Origin: Azolla caroliniana
Taxonomy: Eukaryota > Plantae > Polypodiophyta
Length of the DNA: 64,000 nt
Assembly: GCA_043228905.1 (NCBI GenBank)
Contig: JBHGNT010000010.1
Span: forward strand, 2,976,001-3,040,000
Direction: 5' to 3'
In this document: in pieces, positions 24,667 to 38,199 of the stretch
Position numbering within the stretch: position 1 is the stretch's first letter
Layout of the letters: each line of letters starts with the position of its first letter
Program-made: the position numbers and the translations under genes
The notes under the pieces: model-generated
Told to the model about the DNA's origin: nothing
Database searches by the model: none
Seen by the model: the letters and a program-made list of their open reading frames with translations, nothing else

Positions 24667-27649
24667 ATGCATGGTTTTCACATAATGTATGTGTGCGTTA
24701 AGGCAACATATAATACAAAAAACACCTTATTGTCCCTACTATGATCTTGATGATCTTGTTGGTAGGGTCTAACTTCTAAGGTGGGATGACATAAAGGTTT
24801 TTCTTTCTCTCTCTAAAATTGCAGATGTCAAAAATTTAACTATCTTGATCTTCTCATCATTGTAATTTGTAATTGTGCATACCATGTTGGGAAGCCCAAA
24901 ATATCTTTGCAAAGAAAGTGTTGCCTTTTTACATAGCACCATTTGTGACGGTGTGATGATAATCGTTTCCTTTTTTGCTCATAGTTGTTTTCTTATGTTT
25001 TGATGAGAAGATAGTGTTGCATTTTAACATAGCGCCAATATTATGAATGTGTGATAATGGGTTGTCTTCTTTTGTTCTTACTTATTCTTATACTTTTCAT
25101 AGAACAAATGTTGCTTTTCACCAAGCCATTGATATTCTGAAGGTGTGATAACTGCCCGTCCTTTATCTTTTGTTAAGTATATTCTTATACTGCCCATCGA
25201 AAAAAGTGTAGCCTTTTAACATTGCACCAATGAGGGGTGAATGCATCACAATTGGTTGGTTTTTTTTTTTGTTCTTACATTTGTCATCGTGAGGTTTGAA
25301 TAATGATTGTGTGTTTTTAATGCATAAGCTTTGCTCCTGTTCCCTTTGTGGGATTTCATAGCTTGGATCTATCCCACTTACTCTACAATGATTTGACTCG
25401 ACATTCTTCTCATAGCTTCTACATTTTCTTTTGAATGTGTGGTGGAGGGGAGGGGCATGAGCAGTGCACTTCTTTCGGTTTCTTTGTTTAAATGCATTTC
25501 CCATTAGAAATGGAATCAGTTCATGTCCATGAATGTTCAAATTGTGTCTCTATGTGAAGACAATTTGGATTTGAATGACTACACATAATCACATAGGTTG
25601 TGGACCATGTTATAAACTCATACATCCATCTACTTCATTTAATGAATATGAACACTGTTATTATTTTGGAGGCTTGTTTGATTAAAAGGCATGTGCTATA
25701 TGATCTATAATTAGATATTATTTGTTACGAAAAATCTAGTTCAATAATCTTGAATAGGAGTTTATAGATAGATTGAAAGGCATTAGAAGACATTTCCTTA
25801 TTTAAAGCATGGTAGGTATGGAGACATTGTCAATGGTTAAATGCATTTGTCTTGTACATCTTGAACTACATACTCATCCTACACTAATGTTAAACATGTA
25901 ACTCGCTTATGCTACCTCTTATATTTGCTAGTCTTTCCTAGATTAAATTGTTTCAAGCTCTTTGTCTTGTGTATAGTGTATCATGGATTTAATCTAATTA
26001 ATTCCTTCCTTTTGGGATGCCACTTGTTGATAATAAAAACTTTTTTCTATGATAATCTACAAACTTTGATAGCAAAATGCCCTTTTAATGTCTAAGACAT
26101 GTTGAGCTTGTGCGATTCTCCCCTTGGCAAAAGACATTAATCATAAAGTATTAGATTGAGCATAGAATTAACATACTATTAATAAAAAAGACAAGTTATG
26201 TGAAGGGAGAAATTGAAGTTGAGGCATATTGAGAGGGGTCTAAAGTAGTAAGCTCATGTTATAACATGCATCCCACCATTGCGAATAGTTTCAATTGTAG
26301 TACAAACATTGATAATAAACTACTTGCTTTAGTTTTACATTTCAACATTCCAAAGTGGAAATAAATACAATTAATCATGTTTCTTAAAATAAATGCAATT
26401 ATCCATGAATCAAGGGTACCAAACACAGAGGTGGGTGCTGAATTGTGAAGAGATTGGAGGGTGTCTTTGCTGAATGTGGGTTGTGTGAAGCTCATGTTGT
26501 GGGGATTCTGTTGAGGCTTTCTTGCTTCATTTATACATGTTGTTTTCTTGTAGCCATGCAAAGTGGCTTGTAACATATGAGTTGTTATTATCCGATGTAC
26601 TTTTTCTTAACTAATGGAAGTATAAATGTTTTTTTGGAAAATAAATAAATAAATAAATAAATAAAATCCATGAATCAATTACTAAGTATACCTCCGGACA
26701 TACACCCTATAACTACACTATTGGTCAAATCCATGTGGTGTTATAAATAATATAGAAATTCAAGATATACTAACATGACGTGTTTCCTTGCTTTAACAAT
26801 AAGTTTTACAAAAGACAAGGATCAATGTGGCAATTATGCAAGTTATAAGGTATGAACGGCGTGTATTAACACAATTCCATGAGTACATAGCTCCAAAATG
26901 CAAATAATGGTGCAAAGGCAATAAATTTGAAGCATAACTAGTGTGTAGCTAGGAGCTTCACTAGCATTGTATATGTGAATGATCATTTGAAAGGTGTTTG
27001 AATGAATAAAAGTTATTTGTTTCTTTCCAAACTAACAAATTTTGTTTGCTTGAAAATGAGCATTTGTATTGTGGAAAACAAGATGAATTACAAGTAATAT
27101 CATGCGAATTCATCAAGAAGTTTAATGATGTGACGAAGGAGAGCAATATTGCTTATAAACAAAGTGTTTTTTGTCGAGTACGCAATTATGTCAAGGATCG
27201 AGGGCAAGTGACATCTAGAATGGTTGGGCAAGTAGGGCTGATTGGTATTAAAGAAGGTTGAATGTCAAAGGCATCGTCTCAACATTGTTGAATCTACAAA
27301 GTCTAGATGTTGATTGTCCTATTAGCTAGAAATAGTTGAAAATATGCTCTTGTTGGCAATACTTTGTCCCATGGGTGCTCTATTTTTATGATTGATGTAT
27401 GTTAGTTTGCTTTTGTACAAATATTCACGCATCAATTGTACACCTTATTGTCTTCGACTGATAAAAAATTTGCCCCGTGTACTTGAAACAAATTGTTCTG
27501 AACATTTCCGTAATTGATGTCAAAACTCTTCAAATATATATTGAAAATTAGAAACATTAACTTGGCAACATTTTTAGTAGTTGTGTGGGAAAAGGACACT
27601 TAGTGGACAAGTCATTAGCCCTTAATCTAACAACTACCCCATCTAAAGG

Positions 27650-28250
27650 CAAATGCGGCTCCAAGTATTTTATAATCATGTACAACTAAGTTTTAACAAA
27701 AGTCTGCGAGGATAGCAAGTGATCCTCCTCTCATGCCATTAATCATCTAAGGTGTATGAACCTCTATGGTGTAGTATCTTCTTGACAAGGTTCACAATGT
27801 TATCACATGTGTGAATCTTAACTACATACACCATGGGCATGTCCATGGGCATACTCCATTTGAAGTGCTAGCACACCTTCTTCCAAGTGTTCGGTCTTTG
27901 CATGAAAGGCCATGAAGTTGTGTGCCATATAAATAAGCCTACATCTCCCATATGTGAGCAATTCATATTGCTTCTCACATCACTCACAAAAGCAATGCCG
28001 TGTGTTGCCTCCACTGTAGAAAGGGCCATTTTTTTATGTGCAAAGACATTTAAGACATTACACCACTGCCTAAGGTAATCACATAATTAGATGTAGACCC
28101 ATAATCCCAAATCCCTACAAATAAGAATTTGTGTCTATGAAGACATCATCCTTTCAATCATCATCATAATGCATACTCAACTCCTTTGAGGTATCCCAAG
28201 TGGTCCTTTCACAACAAACCAACGTTTATGACCCCAATTAGCCATAAATG
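27650..28250 (-). mobile_element. Highly degenerate copia RT/RNase H remnant
   Basis: LGSGVMS..KKMALSTVEA at ~28005-28075 and FHAKTEHLE at ~27880-27907. Confidence 0.55.
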
Positions 28251-28726
28251 ATAGGCTGAGTACTCCCATTAATGTTCGGCTTCACAAAAATAATGCATAT
28301 ATGAAATTCTCCACACATATGGGGGCAATGGTGTATGAGACAACCTCCTCATTCCATACACATAGTCAAATAGGCCTTCACTCATTGTGCTATTGGATGG
28401 TTGAAATATGATTTGTTTCACCAAGTTCTTCATGGTGGGGGGGCTCCAAGAGAGGTGTTAGCGGTTAGATCATTGCCTCCCCTTTGGTTGGCAAAATTAT
28501 TGGAAGCGGTACTCAATCACTTATGAGCTTCTAATGATTGCATTAGCTCACAAATGAATCTCTCACACTCTAATATAATGATTTATTAATTAAGAGAACT
28601 TTCTCTCAATGACAAAACTAAGTGCTTTCTCATTAAGTTAATTACACACATGTAGTAACTTGGAGCAATTAACCACTTGCAATTAAGATGTTAATAGCTT
28701 AACACGAGATTTAGCTTCAATGTGGA

Positions 28727-28817
28727 GAGATAGATAGATTATATTATTGTCTTCAGAGGTCAAATATGACCTATGAGAACCAAAAATATTACATTTCACG
28801 TGATACGTGTGAAAGTG

Positions 28818-28822
<5 letters not shown>
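28727..28822 (-). mobile_element. ~95-bp LINE 3' terminus next to a (GA)n tract
   Basis: Nearly identical to 63214-63307, with an AGGTCA-TATT-TGACCT hairpin and a (TCTA)n tail. Confidence 0.8.
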
Positions 28823-28849
<27 letters not shown>

Positions 28850-28852
<3 letters not shown>

Positions 28853-30110
28853 CCCTCACAAGATCCGTTCGTCAAGGGTGCCCTCTTAGCCCATTGTTGT
28901 TTGCTATTGTTACTGATCCGTTGTTAGTGATGCTATCAAGGCTTGCAACAAATGGTGACATTGTGGGTCTACACCTTCCGATTGGAGGGCAACTAGTAGC
29001 ACAAGCTTTGGCTGATGATTCTTTCATGTTTCTACAAGCCTCACGAGAGAATCTTGAGAAGGGGATGCTTGTATGGAACCAATTTGCATTGGCTTCCTGA
29101 CTACATATTAATTGGAGGAAGTCTAGTCTCATATCATGTATTGAAAGGGATTTGGAATGTTTAGGATGACAAGGATCCGTAGTGAAGAAAGGCTCTATTT
29201 TTTTACACTTGGGCTATCCATTAGGAATGAATGTTACAAATGGTCAATTGATTGAATGGATGTCTAGTAAGTTGAGGGATAAGTTCATGTATTGGAAGTC
29301 ACAATCTTGGCCATTTCATGTATGCTTGAAGGTTGTACAATGAATTATGGAACCCATGATATTATATTACTTGCCATTGTTGCTATGGAAAAAGAAGGCT
29401 TTGTATTATGTTTTGCAACCTCTTCAATATTTGTTGTGGAAGAAGAGGGATAAGATGGGAATCACTTGGGTTACGTGGAATCATCTAACAACCCCTAAGC
29501 GCTTGGGGGGGCTGGAATATTGAACTTATCTATGCATATGATGGCTCATAGATTTTTCATTATTACAAGACACGTGTTCAAACTGACAACCATGGAATCT
29601 ATTATTCAATATTTCATTGAGAACAAGGTTTTAACACATGGAAGGACAACGATTAAGGCTTCATGGTGGCAATTACTGAATGGATGTATTTCACTTGGGA
29701 TTCCGGGCTCTTCATGTGTTCAACACTTGGTTAATTCATGGCAAAAAACACTTTTGTTATGTGTATGGAAACCGTCATCAAGTAGAGAGCATTGTAGTTC
29801 TTTGCAAAAAGAGTTACTTGTGTCTTCTTGGTTATTATGTTGGCCATGAAAGAAGAGATTGCGCTCTCAATTTAATCGTTTGTTTTGTTTGGGGGTCAAA
29901 GAGGTGGCAGATATAGTTGAGGCTCCATCTCAAAGTCAATTAAACGCATTTAACACAACATGATTGGAATTTAGTATTCCAAGACGGTGTAATCATTATT
30001 GGGATGAGTTACAAGGATTCTCAATATTGCAAGGTTCAATATTTTCCTAGTTTGAATGATGGATCATAACAACTTGATTGAGAATTTCTTAGGAATAGGA
30101 AACTTGCTGA
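28850..30110 (+). mobile_element. Degenerate L1/Tx1-clade LINE RT fragment
   Basis: SVRQGCPLSPLLFAIV..AQALADDS..INWRKS..HLGYPLG..PKRLGGL, with stops and frameshifts. Confidence 0.85.
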
Positions 30111-32864
30111 AGTATCAACAAATGATGTTTATCATAAGATAATTGGGAGTCATATGTGGGTAGCGAAAAGAGTCATAAAAGTATACGGAATCAGCCCTGG
30201 TTTCATTTAAACCCTTCATAATGGAAGTCAGCATACAAAGTTGCTTCTCCCCCAACGTGAGTATGCAAGAGCTCTTCGTTACAAAAGTGAAAGTCAAGAC
30301 ACATATGTGACAATTCATACACACTCCCAATTGGTTATCAGCCACCCAAATTGTATATGTATAACATATTTGTGAAGGCTAAGTGTTGTTTAGGGTGTGA
30401 TTGCATTGCCATTTTCACCCTCAAGTCTCTAGGAGCTATTGGCCAGCTATGCAAAGAGAAAATTTAAACATCACCTTTCTCTTCCTGACAATGAATAATC
30501 ACAACTATTAATGAAAATGAGCGCATTATCACGATGGTCGGAAGAGTTTATGAATGACTCCTAGGATGAAGTGGGAAAACAAATAATGTTGGGGCAACGA
30601 CTTGTGCCTACTTGTGCCTATCACATGTGCACATAAAACCAACATGATTTGTCTAGATCATGACATATGGTGAAAAACTGTACATTTCCAACAATGACAA
30701 TGAATATAGTACCATTTTTCTGGTGCCATGTGAGCTTAGAATATGTGCAAACCTCGAGCTTCAAAATATTATATGCTCGAGCATTTGCTAATTTACTTAA
30801 TGTTTTAATCCTTTCAGGCATCCGATGGCTCTTGATCACCAAAATTGAACGTTTCTTTAATTCCCTTCAAAAAAATTCTAGAGAAACCTTTCACCTTGTT
30901 TACAAAACTAAAAACCTAGTCAGCAAGGAAATGAATGTGCAAAAACTTCGTAAATGCTTTAGAGTTTGAATATACATTCATAACATTTGATGTAAAAAAA
31001 ACTGATATTTGATCATCCATATTTTGTAAGGCAACATAAATAATTCACTTGTTCAATCTTGCTTCCAATATATAGATTAAGGCCCATGAAATCTTTTGAT
31101 TCATGTCTCTTAATGTTACTGCAAAAAAAACTTTTTCTTATTCATCTAATTGTAAATCCCATTTGCTATTGACATTCTAATTAATGGAGCTCAAAATGCT
31201 TTATTATCTCCATTCATTCATCTATGCATCCTTAGTTTTATTCAGTATGATTCTGATTCCCTTAAAGTTGTACATACTCATGAAGCCCAAATATGTCAGT
31301 ATGATTCTGATTTCCTTAGTTTTATTCAGTATGATTCTGATTCAGTATTTATGCAGAACATACCACAAATTTGTTGCAGTTTTCAGCAGAGGATGAGCTT
31401 TGATAGTAGTCATTTGCATTGCTTTCTCACCCTGTCAAAATAAGACAACCTTCAAGTTGTTGTGATGGCAGACAAGATGTGAACCAAAAATGGATGGAAC
31501 AACAAATTCCGACAAAGATACTTTTAGACCAGAAAGAGCTGAACGTATGGTAAGATTCAAACAATATTTAACCCGTGCTTAAGAAGAGCTTTACACTAAA
31601 ATAGCTGAGGCAGCTCATTTTTACCACTTAACATAGCGTCCACCTCAGCTATCCAGGCAATGGACAGCCAATTCTAATGGGTCTATACCTGGCCTAGTTG
31701 ATCTACTAATGTATGATTACTCATATACTTGTAACAATATCCAATGTGTATGTCCAGACCATAGTGTCCTGACAGTGGAAGACCAAATGGCCATTCATGA
31801 GAATCACAATGGGTCTACCTCTTTCCCCATCGAAACCATTAACTGCATCAAACAGGTTAATAAGGTTCCCATTCTTGAAAATCATACTCAAACTCACATA
31901 ATGGTGCATTACTAAAAATCTGGCTGACCTAATATAGTGCATTGCCGAGATTTAGGTTAGCATACTGAAAGGATAACACTAGTCAGGCTATGTTTCCTGG
32001 AAAAATGGTACAGAAATAATTTCACACCACTTCCTACTGCTTTCACAGAATAGAATCATAACCGAAAAGGTACAAAATGCACGTGAGTTTCCATCCTAGT
32101 TTTTCATAGCATAAAATATCACTGAATAACCTTAGCGAAAATATGTACACAACATTGGAATACGAAAATGAAATGCATAATAGACACACAAGTAATGTGA
32201 GGATCACAAAATATAGCGTGGCCATAGCAAACCATCAGGACGAGTTATTTTATGGGATTTATTCAGCTACTTTAGAACTGTTTTGAGATGATTGTTCATT
32301 CCACAAATAACTATATCTTCATTTTCCATGACTTCTGAATGTGCTCCTTCCCTCAAACACCTCCAGATGACTCTTCAAATCATTTAGAACATGTACAATA
32401 GGATTAAAATTTTCATAAATTTTCAAAAAATCTCCACACCAGTAGGAGTACAGAAAAACCAGTCAAAAACCATGCATGTGTGTATGAATGAATGAATGCA
32501 TATTGATTGTATGCACGTATGAAAGAATGATTAATGTATGAGTATATGTATGTTTGCAAATGAATGAATGTGTTTGAATAAATGTATGCATGCATGCCGT
32601 ATATGAATAATTTTGGATGTGTGATTGTAGACATGTATGAATGACTGATTGTATGAATGTATATATGTGTATAAATGTGTGTATAAATGCATGAGTGAAT
32701 GGATGTGCGTATAAATATAGGTTATATGTGTACATTTTGAAAAGCTATTGTTAAGCCTCCTGTTTAATAAAATAGTTAGATGTTTTTGCAGAAATTAGTT
32801 GAGTTGAGCTGTGGCATTCATGCCATGAATCATTACATATATCTTTGATGGACCTTAGATGTAC

Positions 32865-33412
32865 CTTGATTACAAAATGCTTGATCTGAAACTTTTTCGT
32901 TTGGCCAATTCGATGAATATGCGCGATTGCCTGTTCCTGGACAGGTACTGGGTTCCACCATGGATCCTGAAAAATATAGTAACGGTGTCATCAACAGCCT
33001 CAAAACGTTTGAAAAAGCTATGGAATATATACATACATATATATATATATATTCAAGAGAAGTGTTTCTTCTTTCTTCACCCCCAGTATAGTCAGATCAG
33101 ACGACTACCATAACAAATGCATTTTGAAGCAGTTATTTGTGAAGTTTATGCCTTCATAGACAAGAGCATCTTCACCCTATGCAATGGAAATAGAAGAGAT
33201 TGAGCCCATGAAAGTCTTTTGATTCATTTCTAGGTCTGCATTTTTTAAAATTGTACAGAAAAAACATACATCAAATAAGAGTGATCATTTCTTACATACT
33301 AAAATGAAGGTCATACCATACTTGGATTCGATTTCAAAATCAGAGAAATACAGTTCCAAGTTGCTGTTGTGATACTGTGCGCCCATCCAAAAACACACAT
33401 GTAGTAGTATTA
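32865..33412 (-). pseudogene. Three intron-separated, degenerate exons of a RAD5/RAD16-like SNF2 helicase C-terminal domain
   Basis: Exon 33412-33317 (FLDG.TVSQQQ), exon ~33176-33109 (MLLSMKA..GINFT..AS.AFVM, frameshifted) and exon 32966-32865 (DPWWNPVPVQEQAIAHIHRIGQTKKFQIKHFVIK), all with AG/GT borders. No upstream ATPase exons were recognised. Confidence 0.8.
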
Positions 33413-34017
33413 CTACAAAACATCCAAACAAATGTCAGACAGGAAAGACTGGCAGAGAATTGTTCTATTTCTTTAAACAAAATAGCATTTGGATTGTTAA
33501 AAAAAGACATACAAAGCCTATCTGTATGGCCTATAAGAGTGTCGTAGATCATTGGGTAGCGAATTACACGCACTAGATGCTAAAGTCCTGTGCACGATGA
33601 ATTAGAAAGCACAATCTGAGAAAAAAACCATTAATCTATTGAGAGAGAGAGAGAGAGACAAATGGCAAATGGCATTAGATAAATGGATATATATCATTGA
33701 GTATTGGAATCTGATTGATATACCATTAATCCTCAGTCTCGAATGGACACGAGGGGATCGACAGACTCGAGTGATGATTAACACGCGATTAGGATCGAAC
33801 CACACACGATTAAGGGAATGCACGCGAGATTAAGACAAAAATGAGAGCAAAAATATATCTATATATATATATATACGGGATATCTTTATAAATTTAGGTT
33901 TACAACGATTAGAGACAGACTATCACTACCATGATGAAATCAGTGGCTTTTTACAAAACAATCATACGATTAGAGCACAAAACTAAAGGGAGGCTATGGA
34001 GTTTCTCATTGTTCAAT

Positions 34018-34320
34018 TAAATCTAACAATAGGCTACTTAGTTATGAATTGATGCATGTAATGATGAGTCATGATATACCTATCTTAGTCTTAAGCTTTA
34101 GTTAACAAATCTAACAAAAAGGCTACTTGTTATGAACTGATGCATGTAATGATGAATCATGCTATACCTATCTTAGTCTTAAGCTTTAGTTAACAAATCT
34201 AACAATAGGATGCTTGTTATGAACAAATCTAACAAAATAGGCTACTTGTTATGAACTCATGCATGTAATGTAATGAGTCATGCTATACCTATCTTAGTCT
34301 TAAGCTTTTAAGTTAACAAG
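34018..34320. repeat. ~88-bp tandem repeat, about 3.3 copies
   Basis: AAATCTAACAA..GGCTACTTGTTATGAA..ATGCATGTAATGA..TCATGCTATACCTATCTTAGTCTTAAGCTTT repeated. Confidence 0.9.
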
Positions 34321-34330
34321 ACTTCATGAT

Positions 34331-34808
34331 TAACAATCGGCAACGGTTCGGTTCGGTTGGTTCGGTTGGAGAGGGAGGGTCCAAACTGAACCGTTTAATT
34401 TTTTTGGAACCTGAACCAAACCGAACCGAACCGCGAAACCGTTAAACATTTTTTTTTCAAACCGTTAAACCGTAAAAACCTCGGTTTCGTGGTTCGGTTT
34501 CGGTTTTCAACATAGGTCAAATTTTTACTTTTTTTAAAATTTTTTATAATATTTCATTTTTTAAAATTTTTAAAATTTTTAAAATTTTTAAGATGTTCCT
34601 AAAATGTGAAAATAAGGTCTAAAAATGAAAAGATTGTTTAGAAACAAATTTTAAAATTTTTTAAATAAAATAAAAAAATAAAAAATAAAAAACCGTTAAA
34701 CCGTTTAAACCACGGTTTTTTACTGATGAAACTGAACCGAACCGTTAAGCCGTTAAACCGCGGTTTCGCGGTTCGGTTCAGTTCAAACCGAACCGTTGTT
34801 GATTGTTA
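34331..34808. mobile_element. Non-autonomous hAT-superfamily element (MITE), 478 bp
   Basis: 23-bp TIRs TAACAATC(GG/AA)CAACGGTTCGGTT, perfect 8-bp TSD TTCATGAT (34323-34330 / 34809-34816), many subterminal AACCG/CGGTT motifs and an AT-rich core. Confidence 0.92.
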
Positions 34809-35029
34809 TTCATGATGTAAATAGTATGCATGCATTCCATCATCTTGTGGGTCATAAACTCATGTATCTCAATAATTTTGGATTATATAGAGAAGAGCAT
34901 AGCCTTTGAGCTCTATCTAGAGATTATATTGATATGTGATTAGTGATCTAGATTAATATCTGATCGCTCTTCGATCTTGCTTAATCATCTATTCTATAAC
35001 ACTACTCGCTGTGTGACTTGAGTGGACCT

Positions 35030-36060
35030 TCACTTTTTCCCCTTTTCTAGCTTTGGTCACTCCACATCACAACAACGTTCTCAAACATAGTTGTATCGAA
35101 TCTCCGTACGTTTTGATGCTAAATGTTGGATTTGAGAGATGGCACCTTGGTTGTCAATATATAAGGCCGAAGCCAAGCTCGGGATGGTACATCCAGACAT
35201 GCCAACTAGTCGACTGAGCCATAGTGCTTCTTTAGCTACATCAAATGCAACTACCTATTCTGCCTCATTCGTTGAGGCCATCTTGCACTCCGTAAGTTTG
35301 GTTCTCTAGGCGATTGCTCCACCTACAAAATTTGGAGGAAATAGCGAAATGTTGGTTTCTAATTGTCTAGGCATACTGCATAGCCAACTAAGTCGGTAGT
35401 TTTGAATTGAGGGTTTCTCAAGTCGAATCTTATGCTTAGCTTGTGTGTCAATCAAATATCCAAAGATATTCTTCGTTGCATTCTAGCGTATTGAGATTGT
35501 TCCACCTACAAAATTAGGAAGAAATAGCAAAATGCTGGTTTCTAATTGTCTTGGCATCTTGCATAGCCAACTAAGTCGATAGTTTTGAATTGAGGGTTTC
35601 TCAGGTCGAATCTAATGCTTAACTTGTGTGTCAATCAAATATCTAAAGATATGCTTTGTTGCATTCTAGTGTATTCAATTGAGGTGGTGCATAAATTTTC
35701 TTACAATACCAACTTTATGTGCTAACTTATGTTAGGTTGTGAACATTGGGTACGTCAAAGAGCCAACAACCAATGCATATAGTACCAACTTCATATGATC
35801 CACTCCCGATCCACTACTGCTGAAAATACCTTGTCGAAAATTAGTGTGTATACTTTTTTGAAACCCTTTGTAATCAACCTAGCCTTATACTTGTCACAGA
35901 TGAGCGATTGCATGACTTGAACTATGAAATTCGTAACCAATGTTGTTCACCTTTATTGTTATCAAAGGTAGCACACATATTTATAAAAGGCATGCATGAA
36001 AAGAAAGTTAGAGGCGAAGGCTATTCATTATATGGGGAAATGTTCGAGTCCGAATCTTGG
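35030..36060 (-). mobile_element. Degenerate copia RT/RNase H remnant with an internal ~186-bp duplication
   Basis: FVGGAIA*RTKL..ASTNEAE..AKEALWL at ~35215-35330 and SKRTEIRYNYV at ~35085-35118. Duplicated block 35310-35490 / 35497-35675. Confidence 0.7.
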
Positions 36061-36066
36061 TTGTCC

Positions 36067-37617
36067 GAACTTGGGTGAAATGGTTGTTTGGTAGTTAAGT
36101 GACTCTTGTACTACCAAACAGGTACAATAAACAAGGAATAAGGGGAATATCTTGGAAAAGTGGAAGAGAGAAGGCATTTAAAGAGTTGCTGATTGTAGAG
36201 AGAGAAGAATCTAGGAAGAGAGAGAATGTCGAAGACAGATAATAAAGATGGTGGAGTTTTGGCATATTCTGTGCATTCTGAATTAATGAGAGACTTTACT
36301 TTCAAAAAATAGAACAATTGTATATCTTTTCCTTCCCATGGAGTGCTCTGAAGTACCAGAACTGCCATGTTATGGAGCAATATTTCTGTACTTATTACAT
36401 GCTATGTTGCTAGTTTGACTTATATCTTATGTGATGCTAGAAGCCTTTTTGGAAGTACATGATTAGAAGGTACTTTTGGCATTTCAAAAACATGCCCATC
36501 ATGAATCTCAAGGATACATGGGATACGTCGCCTTTAGCTTCAACCTCCTAAATATAAATATCTAGTTTACACGATTATTGTCTCTGCTCATTGTTAGCAA
36601 AATTAATCCTTAAATGAAATGTAATAGCGTGTTTTTTTGCTTCTATGCAGAGAGACATCAAACCTGTAAAATCATCATTCGATAGAATTCAAGAGGATAA
36701 TCTACCTGAATATCTTGGAATCGAGTTGCAGAAAAAGGACACTGGTTCAGTATGCTTGTCTAGGAACAATGTTCCCTTGGAGGAGAGTGACAGTGCACAT
36801 CACAATTACCAACCATTGTTAAATAAAAACGAAAATGGATCTCACAAGTCTAGAGGCAATTCTCGAGTCAACAAATTACATAAACCATTGGCGTCACGCG
36901 ATGAAAAAAAGTTCGCCAGATCACGGATTTCCCATACTAATCTTGAAATCCACAACATCAAAATCACCCAGGTGTGAAAGTTTTGGAATATGACAAGTTT
37001 TCAGCATTTGACTTCGTACGTTTAAATTAACTTCATATGTTTAAATTGAATATACTGATAGCCAATTACCCATTTGATGATAACTGCAATACAAAAGCAT
37101 GAGCTCATGACTCATAGTAGAGATTTTAATAGCCATGTGATGAAACTCGACATAACTTGCACATCAAGGCCTCTACTTTAAGAGCATATTTTTTCTTTGC
37201 ATTTTTTAACTGATCTCCTGTTTGCTAACAACACATTGGAAAGCAACACATTTTTTACCTTCTATATCTAAACTGGTCTATTTTGTCTGGAAACTGCACA
37301 TAATCAGTAAAAACTTATGATCCTATTGTAGCAAAACCCAAATTGTGAATCATGTTAAATGTGGAAATCCCCAAAGTAACAATTAATCCATCTGTTACGG
37401 CCCTTGTCATCATCAATGATAGTTCTAAGTGTGAATGTATGATCTAACGTAGAGAACCTTCTCTTGGATCCTCCTGCGAATTGATGCGTATAACTTGGTT
37501 TCCTGTGTCTAGATTCTAGAGTTGCCACATATCCTGTTTAAGAATCTTGTGGTTTCAAGAAGGATGATAATCATTCTATAACCGAACCATTGAGTATTTT
37601 TTTGACTTTCATGACAT
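36067..37617 (+). pseudogene. Near-identical duplicate of 6294-7839 containing one orphan SABRE-like exon (36651-36971)
   Basis: The ORF track gives identical 110-aa translations (6865-7197 and 36645-36977). Flanking intron sequence is also duplicated. The following SABRE exons are absent. Confidence 0.93.
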
Positions 37618-38199
37618 CTTTTATGGCTTGAGGTACTAACTTCTACTTGAGCTGAGAAGACTTTACTTACTTCCTTGGAAGAAATGGAACCACTACTAGG
37701 GATAGGCTATATAGATCTAGGACTATCCAACCAAATGGCTCGTATTTTGGCTGGACTTATTCGTTTAACTCTTCCTCTAATTGACTTAAAACTTCAAATC
37801 TATTGGAGAGAGTTGGGCTATGAGAATTATTTGCTCTATTTGGGAGAGTTCATTTCGCTTCTTCTAAATATCCTTATCCCTTTCTCTTGTCCGCATGCTG
37901 ATAGTTTGAACCGGAATATCTTGAAAATAGTGAGGGGCTTCAATTTATAGGAGTAGGTAATGACACATGCAAGAGCAAGCAATGCCACGTGTCATCCCTT
38001 CATGAGTTTCCTTAAATGTTCTAGAAAGTTCCACAATGTTCCACAATGATCCAGAATGTTCTATAATGTTGTATGCATACATCTCTTAATAATGACATAA
38101 ATTATCATCATATAATCTAAATGACCTAGTGGGTAAGGTGCTATAAGATGAGTGCTAGGGTTGAGGGTTCGAGCTTTGGCATGACTAGTAATCATGACA
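37612..38199 (-). mobile_element. Chromovirus-type LTR (TGTCATGA...TGTCA) abutting the RNase H of the next element; TSDs do not match
   Basis: Same termini and similar U3 layout as the LTR at 40049-40479. TATA-like CTATAAAT on - near 37945. Confidence 0.6.

Noticed and set aside
31400-31940. Possible further captured gene exon(s) downstream of the RAD5-like fragment
   Set aside because: No recognisable protein motif or consistent open frame could be established by eye.
32413-32735. His/Ile/Tyr-rich ORFs
   Set aside because: They come from low-complexity (ATGA/TGTA)n sequence.
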